Of a DNA stretch of 64,000 nucleotides, positions 29,304 through 40,181 are shown in pieces. How positions within the stretch are numbered: the stretch's first letter is position 1; each line of letters opens with the position of its first letter. The notes under the pieces were generated by a model. It was not told where the DNA came from. It worked only from the letters and a program-made list of their open reading frames with translations, and did no database searches. The position numbers and the translations under genes were made by a program. Source of the stretch: a virus; the IMG/VR virus record IMGVR_UViG_3300026518_000008, positions 29,164 through 93,163 of that record; one strand, written 5' to 3'.

Positions 29304-29934
29304 AATTAGGGTTAAATTTACATTATCTAGCAATAATGTTATTGTATTCATTGACGGAACTAAATTTTATTCAGATACATCACATAACAATTTCAAAAAT
29401 ATAACAGAGCTACTGTCAGACTGGAGAGAGACTAAAAAAAAAGTCAGTAAACTTAGATCATTATTTATTGTTCCAGAGGATGTATCTAGATATATTGGTA
29501 CGGAATTACAATTAGATCACCTTATGAATCTTATTTTTAGAGGAATTGTTCTTCCACAATATTTTTATAAACTTGTACTGTATATGATTGCAAATGATTT
29601 TGATATTGGTATACTCATTAGATTACTTAACAATATATGGATATCAGATGCAGACACACACATTGTGTTACAGTTTATAGATAGAAGACATATGGCAATT
29701 ACGCCAGATGGATGTTTTCTTGAAAAAACACATAATGGAAAAAATATGATTGTAGAAAAAATAAATCCATTAGATATTACACGATGTAATAGAGAAATAT
29801 TAGAAGCATCAAGCACGCAGTTTATTGCTTGTTGTGAATCATACGACGATATAGACATTTATAACAAACCATCAGTTATTATTGATGACAACTATGATAA
29901 TTTATACAAAATTTACACAGGAGATATATTATGA
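29284..29934 (+). CDS. rIIB: rIIB-like protein (short)
   Basis: Overlaps the rIIA end; ITPDGCFL and KINPLD motifs. Confidence 0.6.
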   Translation: MSKMTNKIRVKFTLSSNNVIVFIDGTKFYSDTSHNNFKNITELLSDWRETKKKVSKLRSLFIVPEDVSRYIGTELQLDHLMNLIFRGIVLPQYFYKLVLYMIANDFDIGILIRLLNNIWISDADTHIVLQFIDRRHMAITPDGCFLEKTHNGKNMIVEKINPLDITRCNREILEASSTQFIACCESYDDIDIYNKPSVIIDDNYDNLYKIYTGDIL

Positions 29935-30290
29935 TTATATACAGACACATTCGTAGAAAGAGTTGTGATTTTTTCGACACAAAAGAGTATACGATTGCAG
30001 CAGAACTTAGAGACGGAGCATACTATATCGGCATTGCTACATGTTCACCACGAGATACATATTGCAAAAAAACTGGACGAGAGATTGCTAGATCTAGACT
30101 TAAGTCATCAGAGCAGAAGATCACACTTGATGACCTCAAATTGGAGGTAGATATTTCAGAGTGCAATATATTTACACATGAGTATACCAGCAATTTCATT
30201 GGATCACTATCTATAGAGGATTTCTCTATACACCATGTCTTATCACTTGCTCATGATACATTTATTGATAACAACAGTAGTGTATTATGA
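29931..30290 (+). CDS. phage hypothetical protein
   Basis: GIATCSPRDTYCKKTGREIA.SR pattern; ATGA overlap. Confidence 0.7.
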   Translation: MIIYRHIRRKSCDFFDTKEYTIAAELRDGAYYIGIATCSPRDTYCKKTGREIARSRLKSSEQKITLDDLKLEVDISECNIFTHEYTSNFIGSLSIEDFSIHHVLSLAHDTFIDNNSSVL

Positions 30291-31183
30291 AAAAACCTAT
30301 AAACAATTATGAGACAGGAGATGGTATCATTCCAGATGGAATGATAAAACTAAGTCCTTCAAGATTTGAGAGATTCTTCTCGAAACCACATGAGTGGTTC
30401 AGAGAATTGATCATGCAGGAGGGTGGGTTCGATGGTAATTCTGGGTCCAACATTGGGAATATTATCCATGCTACTGCAGAGGCAGAGGCTACAGGTCAGA
30501 CACTTACTGATGACGAGATTCAGGAGTTCATAGACAGCTTGCCAGAGTTAGTTGACGAGAAACATCCATGGATGAATCTTGAGCATCATGTCATTAGAGC
30601 AGCTTATCCAGACATGCAGGAGCTTATTCGCGAGTTTGTAAGAGAGAATCTACCTACATCTACAGAGGGATATATCTGGAGACAGATTACTCCACGAATT
30701 GTAGTTGCTGGTTCTTACGATGCATACAGAGTGAATCCTATGACAGGAAATTATATTGTGACCGACTACAAGACTACTGGAGAGAAATTACCTCCGAAGT
30801 CAATGAGTTACTCTCACAAATTGCAGCTTTATATGTATGCTTGGATGCTTCGCAAACAGGGCATTATGGTAGACGCTATCGAAATAGTATATATTACTAG
30901 ATTCCATTCAGGGGCACCAGCTAAAATTTCAGAGAAGACAGGGAAACTTGGAAAGCCTGGAAGAGATTATCCAGCTACGCTTACACCGATTATGTACGAA
31001 TTTACAGACAGAGATATGACTTTTATATCTGACTTGATAAAACTTGGAGCTGAGTCACTTGAGTATTTCATTGATCATCCAGAGGCAGCATACATTATTT
31101 TTCGAGACTACCGTCTCAAAGGAACAGACTTCTCCAGATACTTGACAGATATAGTGGACGGCGGAGTTTACGACGATTTTTAG
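30287..31183 (+). CDS. PD-(D/E)XK exonuclease (Cas4/RecB-like)
   Basis: LSPSR, GNIIH, GSYDA, VTDYKTT, QLYMYAW. Confidence 0.85.
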   Translation: MKKPINNYETGDGIIPDGMIKLSPSRFERFFSKPHEWFRELIMQEGGFDGNSGSNIGNIIHATAEAEATGQTLTDDEIQEFIDSLPELVDEKHPWMNLEHHVIRAAYPDMQELIREFVRENLPTSTEGYIWRQITPRIVVAGSYDAYRVNPMTGNYIVTDYKTTGEKLPPKSMSYSHKLQLYMYAWMLRKQGIMVDAIEIVYITRFHSGAPAKISEKTGKLGKPGRDYPATLTPIMYEFTDRDMTFISDLIKLGAESLEYFIDHPEAAYIIFRDYRLKGTDFSRYLTDIVDGGVYDDF

Positions 31184-31193
31184 AGGAGACATT

Positions 31194-31928
31194 ATGTCAG
31201 ACACATCAGATATATATAAGAGTAGCTTTGAAGGACTATTTCATTTACCACAGGCACCAAATGAAAAGATTCTTCTAGCTTCTGAACTAGGATCAGAGCT
31301 TCTTGTCTCATATTTACGCAGAACCAGCGGAGGGGAATATTTACAACATTTCTCAGACATGTTTACACAAGTTTTGAGAAATGCTACTGGATATAATTGC
31401 TCATGGTTTTCAACTAAGCTAGAGAATGGTTGGGATATTCAGTCAGAGATCAGTTACCTAAATCACGATGAAAAAGTTGCATGCCTTTCAATTGTACTAT
31501 CCACGAATCGTATACTTGAGCTTCAGAAGGCAGATACATCTCATCCCCTGGTTCTGGAGTTATCAGTAATGAGATACATAGCTGACAAATATAAGACTAC
31601 AAATTCATCAGTGTACAAATTCATCATCATAGCTTTTGATAGACTATATACTGATTACAAATCTATGCCTACTCAGGCTATCACATATATAGAGCCAGAG
31701 TTACTTAGTATTGCAGAGACAGAGAATAGACTCATTGAGTATACTGACCAACTTCAACACTACATTGATACATGCACACTTCCACCTCGTTGCACAGATA
31801 TCAAATGGCATAGACGTCGAGGGAAATCCATCAATATGACTTGTCAGAGATGTCCAGTCAGGAATTCATGTCCGCATACGAATTCATTTACACACACCAA
31901 TGCTACATTGGATAATATTATTTTTTAG
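31194..31928 (+). CDS. divergent Cas4-like protein, possibly inactive
   Basis: C-terminal PPRC...CQRCPVRNSCP; catalytic D/DxK not evident. Confidence 0.5.
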   Translation: MSDTSDIYKSSFEGLFHLPQAPNEKILLASELGSELLVSYLRRTSGGEYLQHFSDMFTQVLRNATGYNCSWFSTKLENGWDIQSEISYLNHDEKVACLSIVLSTNRILELQKADTSHPLVLELSVMRYIADKYKTTNSSVYKFIIIAFDRLYTDYKSMPTQAITYIEPELLSIAETENRLIEYTDQLQHYIDTCTLPPRCTDIKWHRRRGKSINMTCQRCPVRNSCPHTNSFTHTNATLDNIIF

Positions 31929-31939
31929 GGAGATCCATT

Positions 31940-32347
31940 ATGGACCAATTACCAGAACATGTACTAAAGAACAAAGAGAGACAGAAATTTGACTCAGTAA
32001 AACACAAGATTCGCATTATGCAGGCTTTCGTTGATGGCAGGCATATTATTTGCAAATCTAGAGAGACTCTTGAGTCATCTCCAGACAGAACACCATCATG
32101 GAATTGGGAGACGCATTCATATATGATTGCACACGACAACTACTCTCCGAGAGGCACTATTTACCCTACCGATTATGATACTCCAGAACCAGTGGTGATG
32201 GATCTTGACCAGAGATATGAGCTTCCAGATGAGTTACCTGTTGTTTCTTCATCTAAGACATTGGATGAGAGATTTGCAGAGATTGATAGAGAGTACAATT
32301 CTAGACAGATTGGATTCTGGTCTACAGTTAGATCATTTTTTTCATAG
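31940..32347 (+). CDS. phage hypothetical protein
   Basis: IMQAFVDG...PSWNW...Y pattern; GGAG RBS. Confidence 0.7.
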   Translation: MDQLPEHVLKNKERQKFDSVKHKIRIMQAFVDGRHIICKSRETLESSPDRTPSWNWETHSYMIAHDNYSPRGTIYPTDYDTPEPVVMDLDQRYELPDELPVVSSSKTLDERFAEIDREYNSRQIGFWSTVRSFFS

Positions 32348-32356
32348 GAGACTCAT

Positions 32357-35137
32357 ATGAGCACTTTTACTTTACGTCCTCACCAGCAACATGCTGTAGA
32401 TGAAACAATTGCAGAACTTGCATTTGGATCATCTGAGGTAGTTATTGATGCACCGACATCTTTTGGGAAAGAGCAACCATATACAGAGCCTGTTCTTACT
32501 CCAGATGGATTTATCCCGATGGGTCAGCTTTCAGTTGGCAGCAGGGTTATTGGTTCAGATGGGCAGCCAATCCTTATCACTCATATACATGAGCAGGGAT
32601 GGAAAGATGTGTACGAGATATCATTTCGAGACGGTAGCTCAGTACGTTGTGGACTTGATCATTTATGGAGAATATCTAAATATGAGAAGAGACAGCAGGA
32701 TGGCATTTCAGAGTCATATTTGAAGTATGACACGAAATCTATTTCAGAATTGTTGAATTATTCAGAGAATTCCCAGCGTAGATTTTTTGTAGATTTACCT
32801 TCTCCTGTTCTCACTGGGCACAGTGATTTACCTATTGACCCATATGCACTTGGATTATTGCTTGGAGATGGATCTTTTACATGTAGCACTATTGGTTTCT
32901 CAAATAGAGATGAGCATATCATAGATGCACTTTTTGATGCTATTCCTTCCAGAGACAAACTTGGATATATAGGTTTTAGAGACGATGGATCTAAGGTTGA
33001 TATGAATATTATCAGCAGAACATCTGGAAAGACCAGGAGCGATACTTCACTTATTCTTGAGTCACTAGAATTGCTTGGAAAGAAGTCTACAGAGAAATTT
33101 ATTCCAAATCAGTATATGACCTCTTCATATATAGATCGTATGAAATTACTACAGGGTCTTATTGATACAGATGGCCACTGGCAGACAGGCACTCTGAATG
33201 AATATTCATCTTCGTCTAGAGAGCTTGCATATGGAGTAGTTGATCTAGCTAGAAGTCTTGGCATATATGTTACTATATCAGACAGAATCCCGGTCTTTAA
33301 AGATACGAATGGACAGAAAAAGAATGGTTCTAGAAATTATAGAGTATTTTTAAATTTTGCTCGAACCAAGAAATCTATTATATCTATTAGATCGTTAGGA
33401 TACAGAGAGAATAGTAGATGTATTACAGTGGATAGCACAGATCACCTATATATCACTAAAGATTTCACACTTACCCACAACTCGTCAGTAATTGCTGGAC
33501 TTTGTCGAGATATGGATGCAGAGGATATAGTTATCCTTGTCAATATTACAGAGCTTATAGATCAGATAGCTGAGCACTTAGATTATTTAGGACTGAGTTA
33601 TTCTATCTTGAAGGCTGGACGAGAGTCAGAGTTTGTACACGGATCACGTATACATATTGCTATGTCTCAAACATTGTTTTCACGCATTGACAAGATTGAC
33701 TTATCTTGTGATGTCATCATACAGGATGAGGTTCACAAGGAGTTTTCTACGAATCGCACGCAGACTATTCTTGACAAATTACAGCCTGATTCTCGTATTG
33801 GATTATCAGCTACACCATACGATGCCAAGAATTTCAAACTTGGAGATTCTACTATTATACAGACATTATCTGTTCAACAGTTGCAGGATGATGGATATTT
33901 AACACCAGTAAGATATTTTATTCCTAAATGGTCAGAGCAGGTTGATTATTCGTCAGTTAAATCCACAGGAGCAGACTATACTATATCAAAACTAGATGAG
34001 AAAATTGCTACTCATCAGCATATAGAGCAGTCATTACGTTCTATGAACTTACTCGATGCAAAATCGAAGAAAACTATTGTCTTCTGTTCATCTATAGAAC
34101 AGTGTGAGTTAGTTACAGCAGCCATGAGAGCAGATGGATATGCAGTTGAGCAGGTTCACTCTAAACAGAGCAAACAGGACAATGAGAATATCATTTCAGC
34201 TTTCAGAGATTGCACATTATATACACCTGGAGTTAAGGCCAGACAAAATGATGCAGAGCGAACACTATTTGAACAGGATAACATTCACTCTGGTTCTGAG
34301 GTGTCAGCACTAGTATCAGTGTCAAAACTTTCTACAGGTTTCGATGTCAAGGATATTCAGCTTGGAGTATTGATGAGACCTACTAAGGTATTATCTCTAT
34401 TTATCCAGCAGGTAGGTAGGCTAATTCGTACAGCACCAGGAAAAAAATATGCAGAATTATTAGATCTTGCTCAATGTACATCCAGATTTGGATTTCACAC
34501 GACACAGTTTACTCCGCTGGAGCATTCTGGAAACATAGATCTTGATAGAACACGCAAATTATTATCTGACTCAGAGATGGAACTCAAACATCTTGCTCAG
34601 ACTCTACCAGATGATGGAGATGAGTTACAGGAATTTGATTTTGAGAAATACGCACTCAGTATTCAGAAACTAGCTGCCAAAGAGAAATTGCTTCTTGAGA
34701 AAAAGAACGATATAACTACTTGGACTATGAAAGAGTTAGCCTCAACTTATGACTACACTGATAATATACAAACAGTAATTGCTATTGGTGCAGAGATTTA
34801 TACACGCAAGTTTGGATCTCCTATATCTAAGAAGGGATATGCATATAGCTATGATCCAGAATGGATATCAGAAGGAGCATTAGTCGCATTCTCTAAATAC
34901 CCAGAAAAGAAGAGACAGTGGCTCAAGGCTTACAAGACTAGGTGTCGCAATATTATTAAGCAGGAGAAGAATTTCAATTCGTTGAAATTCTTTATAGATT
35001 GGTTAGTTGAGAGATACGAATCAGAGCTTATCCGATATGAGACAGATGACTATACAGATACATCAACACCTCAGAACCAGAGCTATGGATATCTTCCACC
35101 AGCTATTGAGATTGATGATGATGAGATTCCTTTCTGA
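32357..35137 (+). CDS. superfamily 2 (DExH) helicase with intein
   Basis: LRPHQ, APTSFGK|S, DEVH, GLSATP, GFD, QQVGRLIR; C-terminal DDDEIPF tail. Confidence 0.92.
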   Translation: MSTFTLRPHQQHAVDETIAELAFGSSEVVIDAPTSFGKEQPYTEPVLTPDGFIPMGQLSVGSRVIGSDGQPILITHIHEQGWKDVYEISFRDGSSVRCGLDHLWRISKYEKRQQDGISESYLKYDTKSISELLNYSENSQRRFFVDLPSPVLTGHSDLPIDPYALGLLLGDGSFTCSTIGFSNRDEHIIDALFDAIPSRDKLGYIGFRDDGSKVDMNIISRTSGKTRSDTSLILESLELLGKKSTEKFIPNQYMTSSYIDRMKLLQGLIDTDGHWQTGTLNEYSSSSRELAYGVVDLARSLGIYVTISDRIPVFKDTNGQKKNGSRNYRVFLNFARTKKSIISIRSLGYRENSRCITVDSTDHLYITKDFTLTHNSSVIAGLCRDMDAEDIVILVNITELIDQIAEHLDYLGLSYSILKAGRESEFVHGSRIHIAMSQTLFSRIDKIDLSCDVIIQDEVHKEFSTNRTQTILDKLQPDSRIGLSATPYDAKNFKLGDSTIIQTLSVQQLQDDGYLTPVRYFIPKWSEQVDYSSVKSTGADYTISKLDEKIATHQHIEQSLRSMNLLDAKSKKTIVFCSSIEQCELVTAAMRADGYAVEQVHSKQSKQDNENIISAFRDCTLYTPGVKARQNDAERTLFEQDNIHSGSEVSALVSVSKLSTGFDVKDIQLGVLMRPTKVLSLFIQQVGRLIRTAPGKKYAELLDLAQCTSRFGFHTTQFTPLEHSGNIDLDRTRKLLSDSEMELKHLAQTLPDDGDELQEFDFEKYALSIQKLAAKEKLLLEKKNDITTWTMKELASTYDYTDNIQTVIAIGAEIYTRKFGSPISKKGYAYSYDPEWISEGALVAFSKYPEKKRQWLKAYKTRCRNIIKQEKNFNSLKFFIDWLVERYESELIRYETDDYTDTSTPQNQSYGYLPPAIEIDDDEIPF
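32471..33481 (+). mobile_element. class 3 intein with LAGLIDADG homing endonuclease (337 aa)
   Basis: Starts EQP (no Cys/Ser1) and ends THN|S; WCT triplet (HLW, RCITV, YIT); LGLLLGDG and LQGLIDTDG. Confidence 0.92.
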
Positions 35138-35208
35138 TTCACTTTTGATTAAGCATTATCTCAGCTACATATTATTATACTTCTATCCCATTTTACACGA
35201 GGACACAC

Positions 35209-37347
35209 ATGAGTGATTTATATCCACACTTACAGAACGATTTTCGACCAAAATCAATATCTATGATGTTTGACTATTTCCAAGACATGGCAGAATACAA
35301 TTTCATACCAGAACTACTCGAATCTACATTATTCTTCAATACAGCTTGTGCATTACAGTTAAAGAATACTCGTATTACGAGAGAGACAAACAAGGGTACT
35401 AAATATATTATACCGAATTTCATGTCTATTGTACTTGGTGCACCAGGAATTGGCAAGGACTTCTCTCTTGAGCTTACATCAGAGCCATATCAAGGAATGT
35501 TTGACAGCTTTATTGCGAGAGCAGAGGCTTTTATTATGAATCCAAATAATAGGAACGAGAGAAATGAACTTGAAAAGAGGTACATTAAAATATCGAACAT
35601 CTATCAGACAGTATCATCGTCTGGTCAGGCACTACAGAAGTCAGCTCAGGTTATTAGTGATCTAGGCTTTGGATCAGTCAACGTCACAACTACAGAGCTT
35701 GGCGATGACCTAGGACAGATAGGCGAGATATTCACAAAACTCAAACAGGCTTATGATTCAGGAGTCTCAGAGGGAGCATCTATTGTTTCAGATGGAGGAG
35801 ACAACTACTTCACTGTTAAAAACATTGCATACAATTCAATGCTAATGGGCTCACCTGCAAAATTCGTACTCAAACCACAGCTTAAGGATGATTTGCTTTC
35901 CCATTATGTGTCAGGCGTAGCTAGACGATTTTTTATATTCCATAACGATGATTTTCGAAAATCAGAGAATAGAAATCAGTATTTCGAGCAGATGCTTAAT
36001 ACAGAGATTACGCATGTCCAGAATTTTTTCCATGAATTGAGATCTCACATCAATCATACTAGAGAGATAGTATTGCCACCAGATGTCAGAAAGTATCTTG
36101 TAGATTGGGACATAGAGAAAGAGATTATGCGTGAGAACTCTGAGTCACTAATATCAGATGACATAGGTTCACCACGAAAAATAGAAAGACTTGCAGGAAT
36201 CATTGCAATGCTAGACTTATCAGATACTATTACATTTGAGCATATGCAGTATGCTATTGATTATTCCTCTAGAGTAGATACTACAGCAGAGGAATCTGTA
36301 AAGATTAAACCGACTTATGAGCAGATTTACGATTTACTAGCAAAGAGAGGATTTGTTTCTCGTACAGAACTTATTAAAGAGATACGTGGATTGAATATGC
36401 GTACACTTGATGACGAGATGTCACTTGCTACAGAATTTGCAAATGAACTTGGAAATTCTATTCTTGAGAAACAGTATGATGGTATTGTAAAATACAGACT
36501 TGAGATACTTACTGAGACAAAACTCAACGGTATCATTATATCTACGAATGATGATCCACGACCAACTATTGCTATAAATTGGAAACGCAAACAGGGAGCA
36601 TTTGAAGGATTACACAAAATTGTATGTTCTAATCTACGATATTCTGCAGGAACATTTGAGAATGGGCACATTACAGATAAAAATTATCTACCAGAGCAGA
36701 ATCTTATTATTATTGATGTAGACGATGGACTTAGCATAGAGGATACTAAAAATCTTTTTAAAGGAACAAAATATCTTATTGCTACTACGAAGTCCCATCA
36801 AATAGAAAAGAATGGTATAGTTTGTGATAGATTTAGATTGATACTTCCAACTATATCAAAATTCCATCTTAAACCAACTGTATATGCAGAGACATATCTT
36901 AATATTCTTTCCTCTCTTGGAATGTCAGCAGCGGATACAAAATGCCAGAATGCCAGTAGATGGTATTATGGTGTCGAGGATGCAAAATATTGGTACAATC
37001 CAGATCCTGATGCAGAAATGATTGATATACGCCCATTTATCAAAGACTCGTCAGAGAATCATACTGGAGCTAGTAATGTCGACAAATTCATTGCATCTAG
37101 TCGTGCAGATGGACTTTCTCATGGAGAGGATCAGGCTAGACTTGATGGAGCTTATCGCTGGTTCTTGAGTAGAACTACTACTGGTACACGTAATGATATG
37201 ATATTTTCTTTTGGATGTATGGTAAAGGAACAATATCAATCAGTTTCATATGAGTCTGAAGTTCGTAAATTCAACAGTATGATTTCTGATTCATTACGAG
37301 AGTCAGAGATTGCTACTATATTAAATTCTATATCTAGGAGGATATAA
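35209..37347 (+). CDS. P-loop NTPase/helicase fused to a C-terminal AEP-type primase(-polymerase)
   Basis: N-terminal GAPGIGKD; C-terminal IIIDVDDG, TTKSHQ, RFRLILP, DTKC...SR and a PriCT-like GTRND...L.ESE...I..S. Confidence 0.8.
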   Translation: MSDLYPHLQNDFRPKSISMMFDYFQDMAEYNFIPELLESTLFFNTACALQLKNTRITRETNKGTKYIIPNFMSIVLGAPGIGKDFSLELTSEPYQGMFDSFIARAEAFIMNPNNRNERNELEKRYIKISNIYQTVSSSGQALQKSAQVISDLGFGSVNVTTTELGDDLGQIGEIFTKLKQAYDSGVSEGASIVSDGGDNYFTVKNIAYNSMLMGSPAKFVLKPQLKDDLLSHYVSGVARRFFIFHNDDFRKSENRNQYFEQMLNTEITHVQNFFHELRSHINHTREIVLPPDVRKYLVDWDIEKEIMRENSESLISDDIGSPRKIERLAGIIAMLDLSDTITFEHMQYAIDYSSRVDTTAEESVKIKPTYEQIYDLLAKRGFVSRTELIKEIRGLNMRTLDDEMSLATEFANELGNSILEKQYDGIVKYRLEILTETKLNGIIISTNDDPRPTIAINWKRKQGAFEGLHKIVCSNLRYSAGTFENGHITDKNYLPEQNLIIIDVDDGLSIEDTKNLFKGTKYLIATTKSHQIEKNGIVCDRFRLILPTISKFHLKPTVYAETYLNILSSLGMSAADTKCQNASRWYYGVEDAKYWYNPDPDAEMIDIRPFIKDSSENHTGASNVDKFIASSRADGLSHGEDQARLDGAYRWFLSRTTTGTRNDMIFSFGCMVKEQYQSVSYESEVRKFNSMISDSLRESEIATILNSISRRI

Positions 37348-37814
37348 TGAGGTTACAAAATTTATGCACAATAGAGGATGATACATTGTCTGGACCTATG
37401 AGTCCTATACTGCTTATGCAGGAAGCAACACGTCAGATGGATGATAAATACAGAGGAATTTGCAGAGTACATTGGGATGACGACAGATACATGCAGTTAG
37501 TTGATGAGGATTCAGGATTAGATACAGTAATTTATCTCTCTGGTTCTGATGAGAACATACGATTGTCAATGTTCGTTGATACAGGCATAGGAGCTGTTCC
37601 GGTAGCTATTCACTTTATTGGAGATGAGACTATCTTTACTCCAGTATATACAGATGATACTACACTTATTCATCCACCAGAACAAGACATACTAAATGTA
37701 TTCAAATCTGTTTCTGACGACATGTCAGTTATTATTCCTATACAGCAGGATCATACACTATCAGAAAAAAAACATAAAAATGACTTTAGATGGTATCCAT
37801 TTGGAAAACATTAG
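37347..37814 (+). CDS. hypothetical protein
   Basis: TAATG overlap with the primase gene; AGGAGG RBS. Confidence 0.75.
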   Translation: MRLQNLCTIEDDTLSGPMSPILLMQEATRQMDDKYRGICRVHWDDDRYMQLVDEDSGLDTVIYLSGSDENIRLSMFVDTGIGAVPVAIHFIGDETIFTPVYTDDTTLIHPPEQDILNVFKSVSDDMSVIIPIQQDHTLSEKKHKNDFRWYPFGKH

Positions 37815-38180
37815 AAATCTATATAGAATTACTATTTACCCTAACTATTGGTTTACTACAGAACCAGTGGTGGAGTAGATATATTACTTTCCATTAAGGC
37901 TAGTTATTTCATTTTTTTTTAAAATGTTTTCCTTTTTCACTAGTCTTACTGGAGACTAATCACCTCCATGGCTTGATACACCAGAAGGTATCCCCATGAT
38001 GTACGTGGTAACTCATTTATGCATTTAGTGAGCTATAATCACTTTTGGCCTATGATGCTACACAGCAGATAGTTGAGCCATGATCAACTACATTGTGCAG
38101 TCTAGATTGATTATCTAGGCGTATTTTATTCATCAATAGAAAAGCATCAAAGCTTTATGATATTGAGAGAGGAGCCTATT

Positions 38181-38855
38181 ATGGCTATAGTAACGAGTAT
38201 TGCTGGACCAAGTGGTTCAGGCAAGACCAGATCTCTGAAAAACCTAAATTGGGACGAGACGTTCGTCATTAGACCAAACAAGAAACCTTTGTCTTTTCCT
38301 AGATCACATTTAGTTGTGAAACCGTGGGACAAGGAATCGAAGACTGGTCAATTTGCTTATGTAGATAGTTACGCTCAGGCAGAAGCTATTATTACTAAGC
38401 TACCTGGATATGGGAAGAAATGCATCATCATAGATGATTCTACCCACTTCATGACAGATCAGTTTATGTCTACCATTGGAGAGAAAGGTTATGACAAATT
38501 TAATGAGATGGCATTCAACTATTATCACTTAGTGAAAACAGCAGAAGCTCTCCCTGACGACGTCAGAGTATATCTAATTAACCATGTTGAGCTAGATCAG
38601 AACGGTAATACTAAGATCAAAACCATTGGGAAAATGTTAGACGAGAAGGTAGATATACCATCTTTTATTACAGTTTGTCTTGGCGCTATGAGAACAGCAG
38701 ACGGATGGAGATTTCGTACACAGACTACTGGTAGAGATTTTTTCAAAACACCAGAGGAAATGTTTTCAGAAGAGTTGATCGAGAACGATCTTAAATTCGT
38801 AGATGATACGATCAAAGAATACTACGGAATCGTAGATACATCAGCAGGAGATTGA
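38181..38855 (+). CDS. AAA ATPase (Sak4/AAA_24-like recombination protein)
   Basis: GPSGSGKT, IIIDD, KIKTIGKMLD; adjacent to an SSB-like gene. Confidence 0.85.
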   Translation: MAIVTSIAGPSGSGKTRSLKNLNWDETFVIRPNKKPLSFPRSHLVVKPWDKESKTGQFAYVDSYAQAEAIITKLPGYGKKCIIIDDSTHFMTDQFMSTIGEKGYDKFNEMAFNYYHLVKTAEALPDDVRVYLINHVELDQNGNTKIKTIGKMLDEKVDIPSFITVCLGAMRTADGWRFRTQTTGRDFFKTPEEMFSEELIENDLKFVDDTIKEYYGIVDTSAGD

Positions 38856-38856
38856 T

Positions 38857-39069
38857 ATGATTATCAGTTTATCGACCGAGGAAATTACCTCATTAGTAAA
38901 GAGCCATATCTCTGAAATGGGCATCAAGGGAAACCTAGATGTATCATTTAAGAGCAGCAGAAGTGGTACAGTAGATGCTAGTATAGAGATTACTACAGCA
39001 TCAGTAGAAGCAGAGTCAGTTGTATCTGACACAGCTACAGAGCCATCATATGACTCTTTGATCAAATAG
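38857..39069 (+). CDS. hypothetical protein
   Basis: 70-aa ORF with AGGAG RBS, tight packing. Confidence 0.65.
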   Translation: MIISLSTEEITSLVKSHISEMGIKGNLDVSFKSSRSGTVDASIEITTASVEAESVVSDTATEPSYDSLIK

Positions 39070-39081
39070 AAAGGATCAACA

Positions 39082-39732
39082 ATGTTAACAGATTTAATTG
39101 GAACTAGTAAGGAAGCATTAGACAACGCAACAGGTGAAGTAGGAAAGGATTTTAAACCTTTTCCAGCAGGAGTATATAGAGGAAAAATAAAATCTATCCA
39201 GGTCTATACGAACAATTTCGGTTCAAACTCTATGAGATACACAGTTACTATCACGAACGCAGACGGAGAAGAACGTGATGTTCAGCACATCAATGACATA
39301 AACTCCAAACTAAAAGATGATAAAGACAATGGTGGATATGCAAATCGTTTCAAACAGTACATGTATGCTACAAATACAGCTGATTCAGACTTATCTAAGG
39401 CTAAAGGAGAGGGAACTATCAACTCATTTGGTAAAGAGTATAAGTATGATGTTATCAATGGTATGAACGACAAGCCACTTCTAGTTGAGTTGCTTTTACG
39501 CAATGATACGAACAAGGCAGAAGGACAGCCATTCAAATACAGCAATGCTATTGCAAATGTACTTGCTACAGATGGGACTGATGCATCTGGTGATGATAAA
39601 AAAACTGAGTTCGCAGAGAAATGTGAGAAAACTCCAGTAGTTGATTATGCAGGATATATCAAAGGTGGAGCTAAGGCTTCTACTACTGCTTCTGATGAGC
39701 AAAAGGCTGCAGCTGCAGATTCTGATTTCTAG
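39082..39732 (+). CDS. single-stranded DNA-binding protein (DUF669-like)
   Basis: FKPFPAGVYRGKI start, acidic C-terminus ending DSDF, position after the AAA ATPase. Confidence 0.7.
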   Translation: MLTDLIGTSKEALDNATGEVGKDFKPFPAGVYRGKIKSIQVYTNNFGSNSMRYTVTITNADGEERDVQHINDINSKLKDDKDNGGYANRFKQYMYATNTADSDLSKAKGEGTINSFGKEYKYDVINGMNDKPLLVELLLRNDTNKAEGQPFKYSNAIANVLATDGTDASGDDKKTEFAEKCEKTPVVDYAGYIKGGAKASTTASDEQKAAAADSDF

Positions 39733-39743
39733 AGGATACAAAC

Positions 39744-40181
39744 ATGAGCACCTCCGTTACAGGAGATCTGCTCTTCAAAACAGTTGTTCCACTAGCTAAA
39801 TTCAAGAGCAGATCTAAGAAGACTGGTAAAACTACAGAACAGCTATGTACATTGAACAATTACTCCAGATGGGGTAGATTTGGAAAGGCCGAGATTAAGG
39901 CTCAGTACAAATCACTCATACAGGAATTTTTCATACCAGAACCAGACGATAATGCAGAGCCATTAGGTAGCATCACTTTGGTTTATTCTATACTTAGACA
40001 CAATAAACGCAAGATTGATTCTGATAACATCATTCACAATATCAAATGGATCTCAGACCTATTACAGGACATGGGATGGATATCAGATGATGACCAGGTT
40101 ACACTTGTTATCAGACCATCTATTTACATACAAGGCTTATCTGAGACTCAGTTTCAGCTTATGGCATACATTAGTGACTAG
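39744..40181 (+). CDS. RusA-like Holliday junction resolvase
   Basis: RKIDSDN...K.ISDLL...GWISDDD. Confidence 0.8.
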   Translation: MSTSVTGDLLFKTVVPLAKFKSRSKKTGKTTEQLCTLNNYSRWGRFGKAEIKAQYKSLIQEFFIPEPDDNAEPLGSITLVYSILRHNKRKIDSDNIIHNIKWISDLLQDMGWISDDDQVTLVIRPSIYIQGLSETQFQLMAYISD

